From Mantamonas sphyraenae STR306 (lineage: Eukaryota; Protista; CRuMs), in contig JAPMXV010000018.1 of NCBI GenBank assembly GCA_026936335.1, positions 186,001 through 250,000 on the forward strand: DNA of 64,000 nt. The letters are read 5' to 3'. A program made the translations under genes and the position numbers. The first letter of the stretch is position 1, and every line of letters starts with the position of its first letter. A model generated the notes under the pieces. It saw only the letters and a program-made list of their open reading frames with translations. It searched no databases and was not told the origin of the DNA. Shown one piece after another: positions 54,012 through 64,000 of the stretch.

Positions 54012-55798
54012 ATGACAACGCCGTACGCTCGCTTCTTGGAGGAGAACGGCCTGCCCAAGGTGCCGATGCCGCCCCGCGACCTGGGCAAGGTGTTTGACAG
54101 CGCCGAGGAGGCGGAGAGCACCACAAAGGAGTTCAATCGCAAGAGCATGCGGCTGGAGGCGCTTTCGTTAAGCGAGCTGGATTTCGATGCGCCGCCGCCT
54201 GTGGACGACGACGAGCCCTCGGGCGGGTTCCTTTCGTCCACACTGGCCAAGGGCAAGGCAGCAGTGAGCAGCAGTAGCGGGGACAGCAACGACGGCTCGT
54301 CCAAGGGCATGGACTCTGTGTCGTCGGCACAGTACGCCCTGACGACCGCCCTCAACGTGGCCGACCTGCGTCAGATGGTTAACCAGAACCTGGAGCAGGT
54401 GAGCACCAACCGCAAGATCATGCGGCTGGCCATTGAGCATGAGGGGTGGCTGCACAAGCAGGGACGCAAGCTCAAGAGCTGGAAAAAAGCGGTACTTTGT
54501 GTTGCAGGGTAAGTTGCGTGGCGGCGCGGAGCGAGAGCGCGAGCCCTCTCTCACACAAACGGCGGCACACGGCGCACGGCGCACGGCGTCCCACAGGACC
54601 GTTCCTCATTTATTATTATCAAAAGGGAGGCGAGGAGAAAGGCTTCCTGAACCTGTCGCGTTGCCGTATGAGCAAGGCGCTGGTGGTGAAGGAGAACCGA
54701 GTGTGTGTGCTGCTGAAGGAAGGCGAGCGAGACCTGTATCTGCACAACACAGACGACTTGGAGCTGGACACATGGGTCAAGGTGCTCATGTGCAAGATTG
54801 CCACCGTGCAGTACCTGTTGTCGCTGGAGAGTGAGCATGGCCTGAACGCAGACCAGCGCCTGCTCAACTTTTTCGACGACCCCACTTGGATCACCTCGCT
54901 CACGCTCAGCGGCATCGAGCTGTCTCCGGATGCGTTTGAGAACGTGTGCCGTGTCATGGACTTCAACCAGGGCCTGGAGGAGCTGAACCTGGAAAACACC
55001 TCGCTGCGTGACGAGGCGCTGCCGCCGCTGCTGGGGGCTCTGCAAGGCTTGTCGCACTGCTTCAAACAGTTGAACCTGAGGCAAAACCTTCTGACACACC
55101 TGGGCATGGAAAGCCTGCTTGTGGGACTGGATACATTTGAGCAGCTGCGGTGGTTGCTGCTGGACTACAACCCCATCGGAGACCAGGGGTTGCGGGCCGT
55201 AGGCAAGCTGGTCACACGCGTGGGCTCGTTGAGCAGGTTAGGCGTGGAAGGATGTCTGCTGACAGACGATTCGGTGGTCGCCTGGAGCGAAATGATGCTG
55301 AGCATGGGCAGCCAATTGCGCTTGGAGTTTTTGGATCTGGAGAACAACGGTCTGACAGATGCGTGTGTGGAGCCACTTTGCAAAGCGATGGCAGCAAACA
55401 TGTCGCTTCGTTATGTCAACCTGAGCCACAACAGGCTGGGCAACGACGGACTGTGTGCGCTGGCCAAGGAGCTGGCAACAAACGAATCGCTGCGCTGGCT
55501 GGACCTGCGCTTCAACTGCTTTGGAGAGATTGGCGGCCTTGCGTTTGCCCAGGCCATGCGTGCCAACGAACACGTGCAGTTTGTCGACTTGAGCGGCAAC
55601 GAGAACTTGAGCGCGGCCGTGGTGGCCAGTTTGTGCGAACCCGGCAAGGTCAAGATCGCCTTTCGCCACTTTGCCCTGCGCAAGAACTTGCGTCGTGCCA
55701 CAGTGGTACAACCGCAGAGTAGTGGTGGTGGTGGCAGTGGTGGCAGCGAGGAAGGCACGGCGCAAGACGGGGTTGCAGCGAGCCAGAATGTGTCATGA
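54012..55798 (+). CDS. PH domain + ribonuclease-inhibitor-type LRR protein; apparent +1 frameshift at the A6 run 54483-54488
   Basis: HEGWLHKQG..KSWK|KRYFVLQG; intron 54509-54596; WVKVL; LRRs LEELNL, LDYNPIGDQG, LDLENNGL, NLSHNRLGNDG. Confidence 0.8.
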
Positions 55799-55842
55799 GG
55801 GGGGGGGGGTTCTCACCACACCATTCCATTCTTCATGCTGTT

Positions 55843-57200
55843 TCAAAATGTCACTGTGAACCCATCCTCATCTTCGATGATGTTGCTGCTGGATTGCTGC
55901 TCTTGGACGCCACCCTGGTCTTGCTCTTGCTGCTGCTGCTGCTGCTGCTTCTTGTCGGCGTCTGCTGTGTTTGTTTCTGTGGCGGGAGTGGATTGTGTGT
56001 CTGTGTTGTCGGCAGGTGCGGGAGCGGCCATCGGGGCAGGCTCCTCGACAGTGATTTGGTCGGCGGGCAGCGCCTCGAGCGGTGCGCCGTAAAGGAGGTC
56101 GTAGTGGCCCGGACGATACAGGAGGGCAAACCAGGGTTTGAGCGCCTGTGGAAAGTGGTGCACAGTGCACAGCTCGCCGTCACTCTGGTCGAGGTATTCG
56201 ACGCGAATTCCCACTTGAAAGTAGGTGGTCAGCGCCATGATGTGGACCTGGTCGCACTCCTTGCCCACGGGATCGACGTTTTGTCGAATAAAGTCGTCCA
56301 TGGTCTGGGCACCGTCGATGAACATGGCGTAGTAGTCTGCGTTGGAGCGCAGTTGGCTGGAGATCACAAAGCGCAGGAACGACACCACGTAGTTGGAGAC
56401 TACACCGGTGCCAGAAGCAGGCATGGAACGTGTGGCATCACAGACGACGTGCCGTGTGACGTGTCAGCAGTGGAGCCATGAAGCAAAAGGATTGCAGGCG
56501 GGCGAAAAACGGGGAAGTGGGTGCTGCTTTGGGAATCGAACTCCATATCCACCACAACTGACCCTCCTTGTCGTTTGCAGCCGCAAGGATACTCTGAGAG
56601 GTGGCCTGTCCGCTGGTCACCGCAAGGACCTCCTCCAGCATGAGGTTGTAAAACTCTTCGATGATGAGTTCGGTGTAGCCGCCGTGGTCGACGCAGAAGG
56701 CCTTGGCAGCCATCGTCTTGGCCAGGAAGCTCTCCTTGTCCTCCTGGCTGCCGTCCTCCTGCAGGTAGTGCAACGTGCCATAGAAAAATGCACGCAGGAA
56801 GCAGTTGCCATCGCCCAGAACCCTGCGCATCTTGCTGTACTTGGCTGTCAGGGCCTGTGGATGAGCGTGGGGGCCGTGTGCACAGGTCGTCGGAGGGCGA
56901 GTGTCAGCGACGTTTTCGGCTCTCTCGCCTTTGTATGGGCCTGCCGATGCGTGTTTCCCTTACCTGCACTTTCGTCACATAGACGTCTGATGCGTCTGCA
57001 TACTCTGCCACCAGCGAGTCGAGTTCGATGGGATCGGTGACAAAGGGCGTGCCGTCCAACTCGTCCATGATGCGTCGCTGCTGCTCCATGATGGCCTCGT
57101 CGTCAAAGTAGGGCGACTGGTCGTCCGAAAGCATAAACGGCGTCGGGTCAAACCCGTCGTCGTACCCCGAGAAACTGGAGTTGTCCTGACCCTTGCTCAT
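55843..57200 (-). CDS. OTUB1: Otubain (peptidase C65) deubiquitinase
   Basis: Exons 57200-56964, 56854-56563, 56399-55843. RRVLGDGNCFLRAF (Cys), ECDQVHIMAL, LLYRPGHYDLLY (His). Confidence 0.92.
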
Positions 57201-57284
57201 GGCGGTTGTGTTTGTTGTGGGTGAGCGCGCGTCACGGCTTGTTTACTGCTCTACGATGCTTACACACACTTGGGGCTAGGGTTC

Positions 57285-59396
57285 TCAATCGTCTGGCACC
57301 TGGTACTCCTCTTGCAGTGCACGCACGTACTCTGTCTTGACCTGGGGCGAAGCCACGGCCTTGAGTTTGTGAAACACCTGCACGTCGTCGCCATCGTACA
57401 CATCGAGAGGGCCGTGCACACGGACCCCGTTGACAAACGTGGCCAGGGTCAGCTTGTACTTGTAGACGTCATCACTCCTGGCCAGCTTCTGCACGGCAGC
57501 GTTAAAGTTGAGCTTCCGCCGCTTGCCGCCCTTCCCCGGCTTGTCTTCCAGGTGGTCGTACTCGCCGGGCCTGGACAGGTCTTTCCAGCCCTGGTCGTTC
57601 TCCACGGGCTCGACGTAGATGTCCATGTCTCCCGAGCTCTTGTTCGCCCAAAAGGTGACCTTGAGAGTCTGGTCGGGCAGCCGGTAGGTGATCTCGTCCA
57701 GGATGTGCTGGAACAGGTTGACGGTGACGTCGAAGCTGAGGTCTGCCAAAGCGCGGGTGTGGAACACACAGAGGTCCATCTCGGAGAGGGGCACGTATTC
57801 CATGCCAAAGATTTGTGCAGTGTTGTGGTAGGCGACCATGACCCCGTCCATGTTGCCGATGCGCACCTGCAGGCTGTACTTGAGAAAGGCGGCTCGGATC
57901 ATGTCGTAGTACTCGCGCTCATACGAGTTGCGCTCGCCTGTGACACGTGTGAGCTTGTACCCGACGTGTTTGCGATAGTTTGCGCAGTCGATGCGGATGG
58001 CATGTGTGGCCCGCGTCTTCAGGTCGAAGGACTTGTTCTCGCGAGGGATCTCCGGGTCCCAGCAGTCGAGTTGGGAGCGCATCATGAATCGGTCGATCTT
58101 CATAAAGTGGTAGGCCTCCTCGTCGTTGTTTGGGGGCGGATTGTGGATTTTGAGCATGGAGGTGAGGTACTCTTCGGCGTCCAGGGTGAGCATGCGCTCA
58201 AGGATCTTGCCCAGGTCGAGCAAGATCTGGTTGTTGGGGGCCTCGCTGCCCGGATCGGAGTCGATGCTGTACACAGAGTCTTTGGGACGGAGGTAGACCG
58301 AGACGGGCTTCATCGCGCCGCGGGTGAAGGAATCGCGGGCGAGTTGGAACTGGGGCGAGAGGGTGGACACGTTGACGGGTTTGAAGTTGGAAAACAGAAA
58401 GTAGAGCTGGGAGAGGACGGAGGTCATGGAGCTGGTGCTGGCCTTGTAGCGGCAATTGTGCTGCAGGGCGAGGTTGTGCAGGTTCTTGTCGGTGCTGGTG
58501 GTGACAAAGGGCGGGATGGCGTCAAAGTCGATCTCGGCCGGGTCGTGGATGTGGGCCAGGAACGGGTCAAAGTAGAAATCGCCCGTGCGGGGATCCTGTA
58601 CATAGTGAAGGCCCGGGTTGGTGACCGCGTGACGTAGCGAGCCGGCAAGGAGAGGCACGGGGATGTCTGTGGGCGAGGGGATGATCTCATGGGTGGGAAA
58701 CTCCATGTCCATGGCATCCATGTTGTCCTGCACGGTGCGGCTCTGCTTGGCCTGCTTGCGAGCAAGGCGCTGCTGTTCTTCGCGGCGTTTGACTATGCGG
58801 TGTTGGGGTTCTTCAAAAGGTTTGGAGCGGTAAATGATGCCCTGGGACGGACTGCTGGCCATGACGATGTTGTTGAGGCCACGGGGAGCCGCGCGGGTGG
58901 GCGGCTTCTCCGCAAAGGCCTGCTGAAAGGCCTGGTCAAAGGCGCCGCGCTTGGGACGGGAGGAAGATCTGGAGGCATTGGGCTGGGAGGCAGACGGCGG
59001 CGAAGATGATGACGACTCCGGGGATGTGGATGAAGAGGTGGCAGCAGCGGCCTTGCGTGTGCTGGTGCCGCGTTCGAGAAGTTGGAGAACACGCTCGGGC
59101 CGGGGCTTGGTGCTGGCGGTGGAGGCGTCTGCGGCCATGGAAGCAAGCTGGCCCTGGGGCGGGAGGGTGCCTGGAGAAGGCGCTGGCGCGTCTCTGGGTG
59201 CGGATTTTGTCCTGCGGGAGCGTCGTCGGCGTGCAGCGCGCGATGCATTTGTGGCGTGGCGGACAAGCAGCAGGGCGTCGCGGCCTGGTTGGCTTGTGGA
59301 GCACAGGAGAGAGGAGGAGGAGGAGGAGGAGGAAGCGCTCACTATGTGGGCGACAGCCGAGGCTGGGACGAGGGAGGAGGTACTGCGTCTCAGCAT
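57285..59396 (-). CDS. PET127: Pet127 mitochondrial RNA 5'-processing nuclease
   Basis: Presequence MLRRSTSS; STSSMTSVLS, MMRSQLDC, FDLKTRA, EREYYDMIRAAFLKYSLQVRIGNMDGVMVAYHN. Confidence 0.92.
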   Translation of the reverse strand: MLRRSTSSLVPASAVAHIVSASSSSSSSSLLCSTSQPGRDALLLVRHATNASRAARRRRSRRTKSAPRDAPAPSPGTLPPQGQLASMAADASTASTKPRPERVLQLLERGTSTRKAAAATSSSTSPESSSSSPPSASQPNASRSSSRPKRGAFDQAFQQAFAEKPPTRAAPRGLNNIVMASSPSQGIIYRSKPFEEPQHRIVKRREEQQRLARKQAKQSRTVQDNMDAMDMEFPTHEIIPSPTDIPVPLLAGSLRHAVTNPGLHYVQDPRTGDFYFDPFLAHIHDPAEIDFDAIPPFVTTSTDKNLHNLALQHNCRYKASTSSMTSVLSQLYFLFSNFKPVNVSTLSPQFQLARDSFTRGAMKPVSVYLRPKDSVYSIDSDPGSEAPNNQILLDLGKILERMLTLDAEEYLTSMLKIHNPPPNNDEEAYHFMKIDRFMMRSQLDCWDPEIPRENKSFDLKTRATHAIRIDCANYRKHVGYKLTRVTGERNSYEREYYDMIRAAFLKYSLQVRIGNMDGVMVAYHNTAQIFGMEYVPLSEMDLCVFHTRALADLSFDVTVNLFQHILDEITYRLPDQTLKVTFWANKSSGDMDIYVEPVENDQGWKDLSRPGEYDHLEDKPGKGGKRRKLNFNAAVQKLARSDDVYKYKLTLATFVNGVRVHGPLDVYDGDDVQVFHKLKAVASPQVKTEYVRALQEEYQVPDD

Positions 59397-59503
59397 CGAG
59401 GGAGAAAACTGGGTTGGGTGGGGCAGGGAAGGGGAGGTGTGGATGCATTGTGGGGCGGATCTGGTTCCATTTTGGGTTTGTGAGCACAGTGGGACGCAGG
59501 CGA

Positions 59504-60571
59504 TCACTCCAGCTCCAGCTCCTCAACAAAGGTGACCACGTCACGGAGGGACTGGAACAAAGACGGATCAAGGATCCCGTCGAGTTTGGCCAGCGCTTGC
59601 TGGGCACGGAAGAGCATGGCACGCGTCTTCCATTGTTCGTCCGACAACCGATGGCTGCTGCTTGACTCCTCGCTGTCGTCGTCCTGCGTCTCCAGGACGG
59701 AGCCGTGGATGAGAAAGTTGCGTGGGATCTCGGGAAACTGGGAACGCGGATGGTCGTGCAGGAACTGCTTGGTGGCATCGTGGATGCGGCCGTAGTCTGC
59801 GTCCTTGTCACCAAATTCAACACAGGCTACTTGGATGCCGTGCTCGGCAAACAGTTTCTCGGGGTCGTCGAATCCGGATTCCGGCAGCGCGCCGAAACGC
59901 ATCCACTCTTGGTAGAAGGCATCCATGGACGGGCTGTGAACCATGGCTGCGTTGAGAACATCGCCGGCAATGCGTGAGCCGGGCGCCATGAGGAGATGGA
60001 GCTTGTCCAGGACGGTGTGGACGTCGTCTTCCTTCAAATACATGAGCAGGCCTTCAATCATCCAGAATGACGGGATGTTGGGTTGGAAACCATGTGCAAC
60101 CAGGGCCGAGGGCCAATCTGGATTGCGCAGGTCGTAGGAGATCTCGCACACGTTGTCTGTGGCCGCACCAAGCTGGCTGAGAATCCGTTGCCTGAACTTC
60201 ATCACCTCGGGCAGGTCGATCTCCCACACGCTGGCGGACTCGGGGAGGTTCAGACGGAATGAGCGTGAGTCGCCACCGACGCCCAGCATGACGATTTGCT
60301 CAATGCCTGCCTCGTTGACAGCCTGCACGACCTTGTCGTCGAGAAAGCGAGTTCGCACAGCGACGGCGGACACGGTGGAGTCCAAGTCGCCACTCATGGC
60401 CGCAAGAGCGTTGAGAAATTCAAATCCAAAGTCGGTGGCCATGTGTTCGGCAAAGGGATCGGCAAACAGCCGCACCTCGGGGTCTTTTTCCGTCTCCTTG
60501 GCGCGCGCCGCCGCGATGTACAGCGCGGTGGCACCCAGGGGACATTCGTGGTCCTCAAAGACGGTGGTCAT
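59504..60571 (-). CDS. SAM-dependent methyltransferase, LCM/TIGR00027 type
   Basis: GATALYIAAARA, LFADPFA, AVRTRFLD, QIVMLGVGGDSR, WEIDLP, EGLLMYL. Confidence 0.88.
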   Translation of the reverse strand: MTTVFEDHECPLGATALYIAAARAKETEKDPEVRLFADPFAEHMATDFGFEFLNALAAMSGDLDSTVSAVAVRTRFLDDKVVQAVNEAGIEQIVMLGVGGDSRSFRLNLPESASVWEIDLPEVMKFRQRILSQLGAATDNVCEISYDLRNPDWPSALVAHGFQPNIPSFWMIEGLLMYLKEDDVHTVLDKLHLLMAPGSRIAGDVLNAAMVHSPSMDAFYQEWMRFGALPESGFDDPEKLFAEHGIQVACVEFGDKDADYGRIHDATKQFLHDHPRSQFPEIPRNFLIHGSVLETQDDDSEESSSSHRLSDEQWKTRAMLFRAQQALAKLDGILDPSLFQSLRDVVTFVEELELE

Positions 60572-60658
60572 GGAGAGAGGGTGTGTGTGACGGGTGCAGG
60601 GATGTGTGTATGTGTGTGTATGTGTGTGTGTGGTGTTGCAGTGCGGCGATTCGCGCAT

Positions 60659-63600
60659 TCAGTACACCCTGCTCACCAGCTTCCTCTTGTGGCGCCATCG
60701 CCATCGCATTGTGCTCAGAGCAGTCTCTTGATTGGCTTCGACGAAAAACAGGTTGTCCAGCAGCTGGTAGAGCTTGGGATGCTTGGCCATCCAGGCGACA
60801 AAGCTGAGCTCAAAGCCAAAGCTGAGACTCATGGAGGACGTGCCATCCAGATCCTGCATGGATGTGCTGGTGGAGTAGGCTGTGGCCAGAGGGGAACCAG
60901 GGGTGTCTTTGGGATCAAATGCGGCATCGTCGGCCAGGCTGTTGCTGCTTCCGCTGCTGCTCATGCCCTGACCCGTGCTCTGACTGCCCTGGATCTGTTC
61001 GAGGGCGTAGCAACCAAAGGCCACGAGGTAAAAGTATCGCTCGAGGTAGTTTGTGGCGCGGCGGAGATAGTACTCGCGCTTGGCTGGCTTGGGGTGGAGC
61101 TCGCCCTGGCGTTTGCACTGTTCCGTTGCATGGCGCAGACTCTGCATGGCGTTGCACTTGTCGATGGCTGCGTCGACCAGTCGCTTGACGCGTGTGCCGT
61201 CCATGTGCTCGACGAGCGAGCGGATGACAGCAAACTCGCCGTTGAGCAGATCGGGAGTGTCGAGTACACTCTCGGTTTCAAAGGCCAGCCGCTTGAGCTC
61301 ATGAAAGGCGTGACCCAGGTCGTCGTTGACAATAACCGCGTCGAAATTGCTTTCGTCGATGGTGTGGCCTTCCATCCATTGGGCGGCCGAGGCCAGTTCC
61401 TCGTTGCGGCCGTCGTGCAGCAGGCGTGTCTCGAGAGTGTGCACATCGGGAGGCTTGACGAGCACAAGCACAGGACGGGAGGGCAGGGCACGCGCCACTT
61501 CTGCGTGCTCAATGTACGACACAAACAGTCGGATGCGCTCGGGTCCGCCGAGGGAGTGGATGTCCACGGAGGGCTCGGGAACAAGCAGATTGTCGTCGTC
61601 GGTGTCCAGGCGAAAGCCCAGGCGTTCCTCGTCGATTTCGGGTGTTTCCAACCCGACGTCCTCCACCTCAAACTCTTCTGGGAACTGCTGTTCCAGGCCG
61701 TTGGCTAGGGTGCGTTTGCCGCTGCCTTGCGGTCCAATGAGGCAGATAGGCCTGCGGGGCTCACTCAAAGCACGCTGGTGAATCAGCGGCCACAGCAGGG
61801 TGGCCACGACCATGGCTGTGGTGGTACGCCCGCGTCCCATCTGGCAGTTGAACACCAGTGCCGTGTCTGGGTCGGAGCCCTTGAGCAGATCCACAAGCTC
61901 GTCAAAGTCCTTTTCCTCGGGCGCCGTTTCGTCCGTGATGGGAATGCGGTGAAAGTGGACGTCGTAGCCATGCTCGTCACGGTAGGTGCGGAAGAGCTGG
62001 GGTAGGGTGTGCACGCTCTCCAGTGGTTCGTCCATGAGGGTGTTCTTGAACACCTCTGGCTCGGCCCAAAAGTCCACACGGCCGTCGCCACGTTGGTCAA
62101 CGGCAACCTGCACGGCCTGCGCGACCTTTTGCTCGAGCTGGGAAATCTCGTGGCCTTCGATGCCCGGGTAGGACACGTTCTCGTTGACATTCTCTGAGTG
62201 GCGAAGGGTGAAGGGGCGGCCGTTGACATAGAGGACGACCTCTTCGCGCATGTTTGTCCAGCGGACCTTTCGGAATCCCTTGTCCTCGGTGAGGTACTGG
62301 AGCACCTGTTGGATGCCGTCGACGGTGGGTTGGGCACAGCCAAAGATGGGCAGGCCGCTGACCTGGCGAAAGTTGGGGACGTCGTCGCCAAACTTTTTGC
62401 GCAGCACATGGATGTCTGGGAAGTGGTCCTCCTTGATCTGGTAGCCGCTGGGTTTGTTGCTGATGGTGATGGTTTTGTGCAGGTAGCGCGTCTCTCCCAA
62501 CGAGTCGAGCAGGCGGAAGAGCTGCGGGTGGGCGGCCAGCCATTTGGCAAACGATCCGTCCTGCCCCTCCTCTGCTTGCTGGTTGAGGTGGCCCGCATAG
62601 GCCACCAGGAAAAAGTAGCGTTCGAGCAGGCTAAAGGCACGGTTGAGAATGACGGTGCGGCGTTTGGGTTTGCGTTCCAGTTCGCTCGCCCGCTTTGTGA
62701 CGACGATGGACTGGCGCAGGTTGACCTGGTGTCCGCAGGCGTCAATCATACGGTCGACCAGAGCCTTGAGCTCGTAGCCGCGGTCCAGATGCTGCACGAG
62801 CTTGCGGATGACCTTGAAGTAGCCGTTCTCGTAGTCGGGTGTGAAGATGAGTTCGCGCAGGTTCTGGTATGCCTCTTCGTCGTCGTCGTCTCCCATGAGG
62901 ACGGTGTGTGTGGCCATGGCCTCACTCTGGCTCAGCCACTCCTCACTCTGCTGGACTAGCTGGAGAATGCGCTCCTGGGAAAAGTGGTAGCCGTCGGCGG
63001 TGCGCTCTCGGTAGCGATGGAGGACATGATCGATGGAGCGTGGCCGAATACTGATGACAAACGGGTCGAGGAGTTGTTTGCTGCTGATGATTTGGGTGGC
63101 ACCCTGGTGATCGACGTCCATGATGGCAATCTTGTGTGCGTCGTGGATGGTCTGGATCTGCTCCAAGGATGTGCCGTACAGATGTTCACCGACTTGAGCC
63201 CACTCCAGAAACTCATTGTTGTCAATCATGCGCGCTCAAATTCGTCGCGCTCAACGTGGATGTGTGCGTGTTCGAGGGGCGACGAGTCACTTGGGGCAAC
63301 TTCATCGTCGCGCAGCGTGCGTGTGGTGTGGGAGACGCAGAAACCGAGATCATCGGGAAATTGGTGGAGGAGGCGCTGGATGAGGAAGCTCTTGCCGACA
63401 GCCGGGGGACCCGTGATGATGACGGGTCTGCGGAAGCCCTCGAGAGGCGCGTGGGTATCGAGCGGAGGCAGATTGGTGTCGCGTGCTCGGCGGAAGTGCA
63501 TCCAAAGCTGGGCCATGATGGAAGCGAGGGTAGAGCGGGTGGCACCAGTTTGGCAAGAAAACACAACGGCAGCGGTGGCGTCGTGCGAGTAGGCCTGGTC

Positions 63601-64000
63601 GAGGACAGCAGCGATGGCGTCAAAGTCCGCTGCCTCTGCGCCGTGATCCTCGCTAATGCCCACGCGGCTGTACTGGACTTGGTCGAGGCCCTGCACGAGA
63701 TCTCGCCACGTCTGGACGTCGTTGATGTCCATGGAGTCCGGCTGTGCTCCGGCACGTCCCGACGGCTGCTCTTTCCAGTAGCAGAAAGGCTGGCTGGTGT
63801 CTGAGGAAGAAGAGGCGTAGGAGAGGAGCCATTCAGCCATGTCGGATTCGATTTGTTCCGGGTCGTCGACACTGATGCGCTTGCTGAGCTTGGAGGGTGT
63901 GCGAGCGGCAAGCGGTTCGCCATTGACAAAGAGGCTGGGGTCCTCGCGGACATTGACCCAGAAGACAGTGTGGCAGCCGAGAGAGGCGACGTGTTCGACG
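60659..64000 (-). CDS. Paladin-like (PTP-like) phosphatase with two inserted guanylate-kinase domains; 5' end outside window; apparent frameshift near 63230
   Basis: FWVNVREDP..FVNG.P, VFSCQTGATRST, VPNFRQV, WTNMREE, RIPITDE.APE, VFNCQMGRGRTT, LERYF.L; GK motifs ITGPPAVGKS, VSHTTR, FLEWA..LYGTS; second P-loop LIGPQGSGKRT. Confidence 0.85.

Overview
Gene-dense, GC-rich genomic DNA from a microbial eukaryote. It has spliceosomal GT-AG introns, many with (CA)n/(GT)n tracts and CTGAC-like branch points, and intergenic spacers are often under 100 bp. About 30 protein-coding genes were reconstructed by hand, including PYCR, FARSB, NDUFA6, TOR, TMEM39, ETFA, VTA1, RPL28, CSTF3, TBC1D23, otubain and Pet127. 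Main points: (1) a 5.85-kb element bounded by 26-bp inverted repeats (33599-39444) that encodes a 1675-aa Fanzor/TnpB-type RuvC protein, with an intact D-E-D triad, an N-terminal SAP motif and a structured 3' region that is a candidate omegaRNA; (2) two 6-TM single-domain class III cyclases 35 kb apart whose catalytic residues are complementary, suggesting a split heterodimeric guanylyl cyclase; (3) a signal peptide + EGF + ClpB-type AAA+ + TM protein missed by the ORF track; (4) a paladin-like phosphatase with guanylate-kinase domains inserted in each repeat; (5) a Hook-domain coiled-coil protein with a C-terminal membrane anchor; (6) a recent 2.3-kb kinase gene duplication. Three apparent frameshifts on the right side are most likely assembly indels. 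All family assignments come from motif recognition by eye; no database searches were run.
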